In this document: one piece after another, positions 53,839-62,149 of the stretch
Layout: every line of letters starts with the position of its first letter
Numbering within the stretch: position 1 is the stretch's first letter
Origin: Gemmatimonadaceae bacterium
GTDB taxonomy: Bacteria; Gemmatimonadota; Gemmatimonadetes; Gemmatimonadales; Gemmatimonadaceae
Assembly (NCBI GenBank): GCA_035486035.1
Contig: DATHNL010000072.1
Coordinates: 2,069 to 66,068, forward strand
Direction of reading: 5' to 3'
Length of the DNA: 64,000 bases
Made by a program: the position numbers and the translations under genes
The notes under the pieces: generated by a model
Told to the model about the DNA's origin: nothing
Databases searched by the model: none
The model's input: the letters and a program-made list of their open reading frames with translations, nothing else

Positions 53839-55305
53839 TTACGGACAGGTGGTGGTAAAGGTCCCACCGCGCGCCGTCGCTTCCGCGAACGGAATCGGCG
53901 TGATGGTGGTGTGCAGATCGCCGTTGGGCGCGACCGTCGCCGGGGAGTGGATCCACGTCGTATCCAGCTGGGCCGCGAGGTTGTACATGCGGAGCGCGAT
54001 CATGCGGTCGCCGCTGGCCTCGACCGCGGTCGAGATCTGCTGCTCGTGGAGCAGCGCGTCCCGCGTCGAGAGGTAGTCCGCGCCGATCGTCGCCGCCGGG
54101 AGCCCGCCGACGACCGTACGCACCTCGTTGATCAACGTCGCCGCCGCGGCATAGTGCTGCAGTGCAAGCTCGATCTGGGCCTTCACCAGAATGAGCTCCT
54201 CGTTGCGGACGATCGGAATGTACGAGTCGGTGCTCGCGTACATCGTGTAGAGGTACGAGGAGACGGGCCCGACGTACAGCTGCTGCTGTGGGGGAACTGT
54301 GGTGAACGTGAACTTCGCCTTCCAGCGCAGGTCACTGATGGTATCCTGACTCGAGGGGATCGTGTTCAGGACGCGGAAGGTGCCGAACAGCGAGTTCATC
54401 GGGTTGACCGCGTCGCCCGACTTGGCGCTGAAATTGTGGAGCACGCTATACCCATCGGGTTTGAAGCCACCCGATGTGTTCGGGCCGAGGGCGCCCAGAT
54501 TGAGGAGTGCCGTGCGCGCGAGGGCGGTATCGGCGGCCAGGAGGGCCGTCTGGTCCGGCGACCCTGCGGTGGTCGGTGTCGCTCCTGCCCCGGTGCTGCG
54601 GGCAATCGCGTAGGCGTATTCGAGGTACGCCTTGCCCGCCAGCGCGCGATTGAACCACGCGAACGAGCCCGCCGAATCGCCGACCGCGCTGAAGCCGTCC
54701 GGCAGCTTGACGGGCAGGCCGACGATGCCGCCGCTGTGGAGGTTCGCGTATGCCGAGTCCAGCAGGGCCGTGATGTACTTCCATCCATCCTTGAAGCACA
54801 CCGCGGGTGGTGGTGTCGTGCCGGTGGTCGTCGCCGGGAGAATCGCGATACCGAGGGAATCATGATCCTCGGCCACGAGCATGTAGTTGTACGCTTCCAG
54901 CGTCTGCACGAGCCCCGTGAGGGCGGCTTGCTGCGCATTGGACAGCGTCGGCGCAATCTGCGGAATGGTGGTGATGATCTGGTGCGCCTGCAAAATATTG
55001 GCGTAGCTGAACGCCCATTGGCTCGCCCACGCCGGGCTGATGGGGTCGAGCCCCAGCTCGTACGTGATGAATCGCGGCTCGGTGTTCGTATAGTTGCCAC
55101 CGTCGCGCGCGAAGGCCGCGGCATCGATCATGTAGCCGCCGACATCGTTCCGCGAGCCGGCGACGAGACCGGTGACGGCGTTTTGAATGCCGGCTATCGA
55201 GTTCGGAATGCTCGTCGGCGCCGTGAGGAACGGCACGTTCGAGTCCTTGCACGCGACGAGCGACGCGCCGGCGAGGCTGAGTAGAAGTATGCGTCTCATC
55301 GTCAA
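53839..55305 (-). CDS. SusD/RagB-family outer-membrane nutrient-binding lipoprotein
   Basis: Lipobox LSLAGASLVAC. TPR-like helical SusD pattern. Lies immediately downstream of the SusC-like gene and overlaps it by 4 nt. Confidence 0.85.
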   Translation of the reverse strand: MTMRRILLLSLAGASLVACKDSNVPFLTAPTSIPNSIAGIQNAVTGLVAGSRNDVGGYMIDAAAFARDGGNYTNTEPRFITYELGLDPISPAWASQWAFSYANILQAHQIITTIPQIAPTLSNAQQAALTGLVQTLEAYNYMLVAEDHDSLGIAILPATTTGTTPPPAVCFKDGWKYITALLDSAYANLHSGGIVGLPVKLPDGFSAVGDSAGSFAWFNRALAGKAYLEYAYAIARSTGAGATPTTAGSPDQTALLAADTALARTALLNLGALGPNTSGGFKPDGYSVLHNFSAKSGDAVNPMNSLFGTFRVLNTIPSSQDTISDLRWKAKFTFTTVPPQQQLYVGPVSSYLYTMYASTDSYIPIVRNEELILVKAQIELALQHYAAAATLINEVRTVVGGLPAATIGADYLSTRDALLHEQQISTAVEASGDRMIALRMYNLAAQLDTTWIHSPATVAPNGDLHTTITPIPFAEATARGGTFTTTCP

Positions 55306-58271
55306 AATCCGAGTTCGAGGCCGAGGAAGTAACTGCGGGTGGGCGGGTAGTTCGTGATTTCCTGGCCGCGCGTGACCGTCTGGTTGCCGTTGGTGCTGAG
55401 CTCAGGGTCCAAGCCGTCGTACTTGAACTGGGCGAGGAGGTTGCGTCCCGTGAGCGATAGCTTGGCGGAGCCGATGCGCCCGTGCGTGAACGCGAAGAGC
55501 TGGTTGGGCAGGGAGTAGCTCAATGAAACCTGTCGCAGTTTGAGATAGTCCGCCGGTTCGACGTAGGCGGTCGCGCCGCCCGCGAAGCTGGCGAACCGCT
55601 TCGCCGACTGCGCCGAATCGGCCCACAGACCCGGTCCGCCGTCGAAGTAGAGATCCGTGAGGTTGATGGTGTTGCCACCGCGGCTCCAATCGAGCAGCGC
55701 AAAGAGGCGGAACGGGCCGACGGTGAACTCGTTGCTGAAGCTCATACGGAACGCCGGCTGGAAATCACCGACTTGCTGCGGCAGCCCATCGGCCAGCGTC
55801 GACGCGGTGTTCACGATCTCCGATACCGAGCGGCCGGTGGCGACATACCCCTCGCCGAAGCCGTAGGTGTTGCCGATGAGACCCGGCGTGGTCGGCAAGG
55901 CATCGACTCGACTGTAGTTCCGATAGAAGGTGGTCGTCGATACCCAACTGCCACCCTTCGCCTGAATCGGGGTCATGGTGACCGTGAGCTCGAGGCCGCG
56001 GTTGGTGAACTGGCCGCCGTTGAACCATTGCTGCTGATACCCCAGCGATGGCGCGACCCCCGCCTGCAGGAGCAAGTCGGTCAGCCGCTTCTGGTATACG
56101 GTCGGGGAGATTTGCAACCGCGAGTTGAACAGGGTGAGGTCCAAGCCTGCCTCGATCTCTGTTTCCGACTCCGGCCGAATAGACGGCGCGCCTTGCAACG
56201 AATTCGCGGCGAGGCCATTGTAGCCGCCATCCTGCGTCGGGAGGTATGGCGTGTACTTGACGCCGTAGTTCGGCAGGTTGCCCGACTGTCCGTACGCCGC
56301 GCGGAGCTTGAGCTCATTGATCGCCTTCGGCACCGGGACCTGGAAGGAGCCCGACGCGCGGGGATAGTAATACCACCGATCAATGAAGCCGTCGCTCGTC
56401 GACCGCTCGGCCGTGACGCCGCCGGTGATGGTCAAGCGCGACCAGAGCTGCACCTGTTCCTGCCCGTAGAACGACTGATCGTACTGCTCCGTGTGATACA
56501 GGAAGTTCTCCTGCACCGTGCCCACGGTCGGCGAGCTGACGCCGGCCAGCAGGTTCTGTCCGACGGTGACCGGGTTGAGCGTCGACCGGCGGTCGCGGTT
56601 GTACCCGATCGAGGTCGTGGCTTCGAGGAAGGACACGCCCGTGTACGTGTGACTCAGGTTGAAGCCGTAGTTGTAGTAGTTCGTGGTCGCCGAGTTGGAG
56701 ACCGACGTGCCCGGGAGGTTGCTTGGCTCCAACTGCTCGACCTGCAAGTCGGGCGGGGCGTACAAGAGATCGCTGACGCTCGTCAGGTCGGCGCCGCCCT
56801 GGATGTTGAGCTTCAGGGACTGGTGCTCCTGCTGGAAGATCGTCCAGTCGACGGTGCCGCCGCCGATGAAGCGACTGACCTGTTCCGGCGTCTGGATCTC
56901 GGCCGCGTCGGCAAACGGGTTGGCGGTGCCGAATCCGTTCCACGGCCAGCTGCCGTTCGCGCTCTGCGTGTTGAGCTTCACGAACTGCGGCGTATACGAG
57001 AAGACGTTGTACGGGCTGATGCCGAGGTTGTCGTTGCCCGTGATGCCGCGGCGCGTGAGGTCGTGCATGTAGCTCAGGTTCGCCGAGACCTTGAAGTTGG
57101 AGGCCAACTCCTGCGACACGTTCGACCGGATCGACTGCTTGTTGTATCCGGTGTTGTTCATGATCCCGTTGTCGTACTTCGTGCTGCCCGACAGGTAGTA
57201 CTGCGTTTGCCCGGCGGTTCCGGAGACACTCAGGTCGGCCTGGTTCGACAAGGCTTTGCTGCCGAAGAGCTGACTCTGATAGTCCTGCGGACCCGCGTAG
57301 TACTTCGTGATCGTATCGCGGGGATGCCCGTACTCGGCGCCCCACGCGATCGCGCTCTGGAGCGTCGGGAACTGGCGGATCGGGAGCGTGTTGGCATCCT
57401 CGAAGTGCCCGAGCTTGGTCGAGAGATCCCACTTCGGTTTGCCCGCCGTGCCGTGCTTCGTCGTGATGACGACGACGCCGGCCGATGCCTTTGATCCGTA
57501 GATCGCGGACGCCGATGCCCCCTTGAGGACCTCGATCGTCTCGATGTCGTTGGGGTTGATGTCGGCGATGCGGTTCACGCCACTGTCTTCATAGCTCGGC
57601 GCGTTGGCCGCGGCCTGTCCGGTCGACGTCTGGCCTCCGCCCGAGTTGTTGATGGCGTTGATGTCGCTGTTGACGGTCTCGTTGTTGACAATGACGCCGT
57701 CAATGACGTAGAGCGGCTCGGCGTTGGCGTTAATCGAGGTGATGCCGCGGATCTGCACCTGCAGTCCGCCGCCCGGCGCGCCGCCGTTGTTCTCCTGGAT
57801 CACGGCGCCGGCGATCTTGCCCTGCAGGGCGCTTTCGACGGTGGGCGCCGGCACTTCGTTCACTTGCTGCGAGCTCACCACCGCGACGTCGTTGGCCGAA
57901 TTCCGCGAGGAAACGGTCGTCGCCACACCCGTAATCACCTGTTGCTCCAGCTTGAGCACGTCTCGCTCGAGCGAGATGGTGATGTCGGTTTGTCCGGGGG
58001 TCACGGGCACCGTCGCCTGCAGATAGCCAATGCGGCGGACCGTCACGCTTTTCGCGTCGCTCGGTAAACGCAGCGCGAACATGCCGCTGTCGTTCGAGAG
58101 CGCGCCGATCGTGGTCCCGGTCACCAGTACCTGCGCGGCCGGGACTGGCACTTTGTCAGCCACGTCGATCACGTGGCCCACGAGACGGGTCCCCGGCTCC
58201 TGCGCCGATGCCGTTCCCGCAACCGCCAACAGCCCTAGGAGTCCGACCGATCTCACTATTAATCGTCTCAC
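55302..58271 (-). CDS. SusC/RagA-family TonB-dependent outer-membrane transporter
   Basis: Signal peptide, a CarboxypepD_reg domain (GHVIDVADKVPVPAAQVLVTGT...SNDSGMFAL), a plug (IEVLKGASASAIYGSKASAGVVVITTK) and a C-terminal beta-barrel ending in F. Confidence 0.93.
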   Translation of the reverse strand: MRRLIVRSVGLLGLLAVAGTASAQEPGTRLVGHVIDVADKVPVPAAQVLVTGTTIGALSNDSGMFALRLPSDAKSVTVRRIGYLQATVPVTPGQTDITISLERDVLKLEQQVITGVATTVSSRNSANDVAVVSSQQVNEVPAPTVESALQGKIAGAVIQENNGGAPGGGLQVQIRGITSINANAEPLYVIDGVIVNNETVNSDINAINNSGGGQTSTGQAAANAPSYEDSGVNRIADINPNDIETIEVLKGASASAIYGSKASAGVVVITTKHGTAGKPKWDLSTKLGHFEDANTLPIRQFPTLQSAIAWGAEYGHPRDTITKYYAGPQDYQSQLFGSKALSNQADLSVSGTAGQTQYYLSGSTKYDNGIMNNTGYNKQSIRSNVSQELASNFKVSANLSYMHDLTRRGITGNDNLGISPYNVFSYTPQFVKLNTQSANGSWPWNGFGTANPFADAAEIQTPEQVSRFIGGGTVDWTIFQQEHQSLKLNIQGGADLTSVSDLLYAPPDLQVEQLEPSNLPGTSVSNSATTNYYNYGFNLSHTYTGVSFLEATTSIGYNRDRRSTLNPVTVGQNLLAGVSSPTVGTVQENFLYHTEQYDQSFYGQEQVQLWSRLTITGGVTAERSTSDGFIDRWYYYPRASGSFQVPVPKAINELKLRAAYGQSGNLPNYGVKYTPYLPTQDGGYNGLAANSLQGAPSIRPESETEIEAGLDLTLFNSRLQISPTVYQKRLTDLLLQAGVAPSLGYQQQWFNGGQFTNRGLELTVTMTPIQAKGGSWVSTTTFYRNYSRVDALPTTPGLIGNTYGFGEGYVATGRSVSEIVNTASTLADGLPQQVGDFQPAFRMSFSNEFTVGPFRLFALLDWSRGGNTINLTDLYFDGGPGLWADSAQSAKRFASFAGGATAYVEPADYLKLRQVSLSYSLPNQLFAFTHGRIGSAKLSLTGRNLLAQFKYDGLDPELSTNGNQTVTRGQEITNYPPTRSYFLGLELGF

Positions 58272-58448
58272 TCCAATCCTCCTCTAATAAAGTCAGGTAC
58301 CGGATAACACGCAGTGGGACAACTGTCAATAATGAGACAACGCGACGATAAATTATTTGAAGCAAATGATTAACGAGACCGAACCCTAGTATTCTGTTTG
58401 TATACATCGGTCTCTGTTCTTCAGCCCGCGCATGACCCATACTGTCGC

Positions 58449-60797
58449 GTGATCGCATCTATCATCTCATTGCTGTCCGTATTGCACGGCGAGCCGGCGC
58501 CGGTGTACGACGGCCGGGCCGGCCAACTCACGGTCCGTGCACCGCGTGTCGACGCCGATATCACGGTCAATGGCGTGCTCGACGAGCCCGCGTGGGGCCA
58601 GGCGGCGCGCCTCAAGGGATTCTCGCAATTCCTTCCAGTGGATGGTCTTCCGGCGGCCGACTCGACCGTCGTGCTGGTCTTCTACTCCAAGCGCGCGATC
58701 TACTTCGGCATTCGGGCGTACGAAGCGCACGGACCCGTGCACGCGACCCTCGCGGACCGGGATAAGATCGCGGCCGACGACTACGTCCAGATCATTCTCG
58801 ACACCTCACACGACCACCGAACGGCCTACGTCTTCGGCGTCAATCCGCTCGGCGTACAGGCCGACGGGATCCTGAGCGAGGGTATGCAGAGCCGCGGTTC
58901 AGGGCTCGGCGCCGCGGCAAGCTCACGCGACACGGTGGACTTCTCGACCGATTACACCTGGGAGTCGCGGGGCCACCTGACCGATTTCGGCTATGAGGTG
59001 GAGGTCAAGATCCCGTTTGCCAGCATCCGGTTCACATCCGGTGAACAACAATGGCGCCTGAACATCGTGCGCCAGGTCCAACATTCCGGCTTTCAGGACA
59101 CCTGGGCGCCGGCGCGAATCGCCGCCGCGTCATTTCTCGCGCAATCCGGGACGCTCGAGGGACTCGCCGGCCTCAGTCGCGGCACGGTGCTCGACGTCAA
59201 TCCAGAGCTCACCTCGACGACCGACGGCAATCCCGGACCAAATGGTTGGAAGTACGGCGTCCAGCCGCTCCACCCCGGCGGCAATGTTCGCTGGGGAATC
59301 ACTGACAATTTGACATTGGATGGGACCGTACGTCCCGACTTCTCGCAAGTCGAGTCGGATGTTCCACAGCTGTCCTACGATCCGCGCGTCGCGCTGTTCT
59401 TTCCGGAAAAGCGCCCGTTTTTCCTCGATGGCCTCGAGCAGTTCGACACGCCTTCGGGCCTCGTGTACACGCGGCGCATCCTTCAGCCGGACGGCGCCGC
59501 CAAGGTCAGCGGCGAGCTCGCCGGCGCGAGCGTCGGCCTCCTCTCGGCCATCGATGCGTCGAGCGCATCGTTGAACGGACAGGATCACCCGTACATCAAC
59601 ATCCTACGCGCGCGCCGGGAAATCGGCTTCGGGACGACCGTCGGCCTCCTCGGCGCCGATCGCGAAGACGGCTCCCTGTACAATCACGTCGGCGGGATCG
59701 ATACGCGCACGGTGTTCGGTGGCATCTACGATCTCCGCCTGCAAGGCGTGATGAGCTCGACGCACTCCGACTCGGTCCGTGGACTGGGCGGCTTGTGGAA
59801 CGCGCTGTTCGAGCGCAACGGCCATCACCTGCGGCTCACGTGGGCGATCAACGGCATCGATCCGCACTTCGTCGATCAGGACGGGTTCATCTCGCGCGCC
59901 GGCGTCGTCAACACGACGTTCGACAACGCGCTGATTTTCTACGGGAAACCCGACGGGCTCTTTCAGAGCTACACGTTCGATTTCGCGCAGGTCACGACCT
60001 GGGAGTACAGTCACTTTCAGGCGCTGCATCGCGGCGAGGACGTGCGCTGGCACTTCAGCAACACCGTCGCGTTGCGCGGCGGGTGGCAGATGTACGGGAA
60101 TGTCTTCGTCGAGACGTACGGCTACGACCCGACGCTCTACGCGAACTACTACTACGTCGCGGGCCACGACACCGTGCCGTACAATGCGGGGAAGGCGACG
60201 GGAAACCTGCCGAACCTCGACATCATCACCGGGTTTGCGACGCCGAACTGGAAACGCTTCGATGCCTCCATGCAGATCCTCTCGGGGTTCGACGACAATT
60301 TCTACGAGTGGTCGTCCGCGTGGATCTTCTTCGTCAACTCGACGATCGATTGGCGCCCGAACGATCGCGCGCGCATCTCGCTCATCTACGCGCAAAATCA
60401 ATACGTCCGGCGATCGGACAACACGCAGGTGTTTGTCCAGCGCGTGCCGTACCTCGAGATTGCCTACCAGCTCTCGCGGCCCATCTTCGTTCGCTTCATC
60501 GGTCAGTACAACTCGACGTGGCAAGCCAGCCTGCGGGACGATGGGCGCACGAACGATCCGATCCTCATCCGCGATCCGACGACCGGCGTGTATTCACCGG
60601 CGCTGCATTACGTGTCCAACTCCGTCAGCAGCAACTTTTTATTTTCGTATCAACCGACGCCTGGCACGGTCTTCTTTCTTGGGTACGGCGGCGCCTATAC
60701 CGAGCCGTGGGCCTTTAACTTCACCGGCCTGACGCGCACCGCTGATAGTTTCTTCGTGAAAGTCACCTATCTCTTTCACCTCGGGAACAGTCTCTGA
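58449..60797 (+). CDS. CBM9-like / DUF5916 outer-membrane protein
   Basis: ITVNGVLDEPAWGQAARLKGFSQFLP...IYFGIRAYE (CBM9-like N-terminus), followed by a long beta-rich DUF5916-type region. The start is uncertain (GTG 58449 or TTG 58398). Confidence 0.8.
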   Translation: MIASIISLLSVLHGEPAPVYDGRAGQLTVRAPRVDADITVNGVLDEPAWGQAARLKGFSQFLPVDGLPAADSTVVLVFYSKRAIYFGIRAYEAHGPVHATLADRDKIAADDYVQIILDTSHDHRTAYVFGVNPLGVQADGILSEGMQSRGSGLGAAASSRDTVDFSTDYTWESRGHLTDFGYEVEVKIPFASIRFTSGEQQWRLNIVRQVQHSGFQDTWAPARIAAASFLAQSGTLEGLAGLSRGTVLDVNPELTSTTDGNPGPNGWKYGVQPLHPGGNVRWGITDNLTLDGTVRPDFSQVESDVPQLSYDPRVALFFPEKRPFFLDGLEQFDTPSGLVYTRRILQPDGAAKVSGELAGASVGLLSAIDASSASLNGQDHPYINILRARREIGFGTTVGLLGADREDGSLYNHVGGIDTRTVFGGIYDLRLQGVMSSTHSDSVRGLGGLWNALFERNGHHLRLTWAINGIDPHFVDQDGFISRAGVVNTTFDNALIFYGKPDGLFQSYTFDFAQVTTWEYSHFQALHRGEDVRWHFSNTVALRGGWQMYGNVFVETYGYDPTLYANYYYVAGHDTVPYNAGKATGNLPNLDIITGFATPNWKRFDASMQILSGFDDNFYEWSSAWIFFVNSTIDWRPNDRARISLIYAQNQYVRRSDNTQVFVQRVPYLEIAYQLSRPIFVRFIGQYNSTWQASLRDDGRTNDPILIRDPTTGVYSPALHYVSNSVSSNFLFSYQPTPGTVFFLGYGGAYTEPWAFNFTGLTRTADSFFVKVTYLFHLGNSL

Positions 60798-62134
60798 AAA
60801 TTCTTCGCCAGATAGAGATCGACTGTTATTTTCCCCCGAATCGAGACCTCGCGCCATAGCGCGATCGACTCGAAGTACGGCTCATAGCGCGTCAACATGT
60901 GACCGACTGTCTTTGATCGCATCACGATCATGGCGTCGCGCCCCATAAACGCCCCCTGATCTCGCGTGAACGCGAACTGGTGTGGCGCGGTACAGAGGCA
61001 TATCACCGGGACATCGGGGCCAAGCGCCCACGAAGCCTTGCCCGCCTGTATCCAACTCGGCGCCGCAACGAACGCCTCGCCAGCCGCGTCGAGTCCTCGC
61101 CAGTCGATCAAGTCCTCGACCGGTTGGAGTACGGCGACCGCGGTCACGACGGATGCCAGTATGCATCCCGACACGGCGAGCCAGTTGCGCGCTCGCAGCG
61201 GATACTTGGACGCGGCGTGGCCAAGGAATGGAAACAGCATGAGATACCCCGGCGCTGGCCAATGCGGCTGCCCCGGATTGCCACCGAGCGACGCGAGCGT
61301 GAACAGGGCGATCGGGATGATGCCGAGGATCGCGCAGAGTGGCGACGACCGACGCTCGTGCCAGGCGGAGATGATGAGCGGTATCCACACCCACGGCGTG
61401 ACCAGTGCGACCTGACCGCCAATATTCTCAGCGAGCGCCAAGAGTCGTGGCGCGTGGGACTCGGTGTTCCGGCCGAGCTGAAATGCAAATGAGATCCACT
61501 GGTGCTCGGCATTCCAGACGATAACCGGCGTGAACATCGCCAGAGCAATCAGCGCCGCGAAGTACGGCCATGGACGAGCCAGCCATCGGCGTGCAGCGAT
61601 GAGCAAGTAGAAAAAAATCCCGCCCATGAGCAGCACGCCATGGTATTTCGAGAGAAGCGCCAGCCCGGTGGCGACGCCCGCGCCGACCCACCACCAGGCC
61701 GACTCATCGACACGGAGGACGCAGTACACCGCCGCGAGCCACGCGCACATCAGGGGCCCGTCAGGGAGCACCCAGCCACCGGTGCTCACGCTGAACACGG
61801 GCGAGATATTGAGCGCCAGCGCCGCATACATTCCCGCGCGGGCGTCGAACACGCGCGCGGTGACCAGGTACATGAGCCACGTCGTCAGCGCGAACAGCGC
61901 GATGAACGGCGACCGAACCGCCAGATCGGCGAGCGGACTCGCGCCCCTGTGCAGCTCGGCCGCGGCCGCGATCCAGAAATGCAGCGGCGGATGATCGAAG
62001 TAACTGAGCGCGATGGGATGCGCGACGGAGGCGGCGTACGACTCATCGACGCCGAGGCCGACGGTCAGCGCCAGCGCGATGCGCGCCGCCATTGTCGCGG
62101 CGATGAGGATCAGCACAACGCGCGCCGGAGACAC
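60776..62134 (-). CDS. GT39/GT83-type (ArnT/PMT-like) membrane glycosyltransferase
   Basis: The N-terminus has GVDESYAASVAH...SYFDHPPLHFW (an acidic DE motif in the first loop). Many TM segments. Confidence 0.88.
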   Translation of the reverse strand: MSPARVVLILIAATMAARIALALTVGLGVDESYAASVAHPIALSYFDHPPLHFWIAAAAELHRGASPLADLAVRSPFIALFALTTWLMYLVTARVFDARAGMYAALALNISPVFSVSTGGWVLPDGPLMCAWLAAVYCVLRVDESAWWWVGAGVATGLALLSKYHGVLLMGGIFFYLLIAARRWLARPWPYFAALIALAMFTPVIVWNAEHQWISFAFQLGRNTESHAPRLLALAENIGGQVALVTPWVWIPLIISAWHERRSSPLCAILGIIPIALFTLASLGGNPGQPHWPAPGYLMLFPFLGHAASKYPLRARNWLAVSGCILASVVTAVAVLQPVEDLIDWRGLDAAGEAFVAAPSWIQAGKASWALGPDVPVICLCTAPHQFAFTRDQGAFMGRDAMIVMRSKTVGHMLTRYEPYFESIALWREVSIRGKITVDLYLAKNFQRLFPR

Positions 62135-62149
62135 GGCGCGCAGTATACG

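Noticed and set aside
53911-57494. Long plus-strand ORFs (53911-55284 at 457 aa, 55773-57494 at 573 aa) opposite susD and susC.
   Set aside because: They are antisense to genes with strong SusD/SusC signatures. Their composition is extremely Arg/Gly/Asp-rich. They are shadow ORFs.
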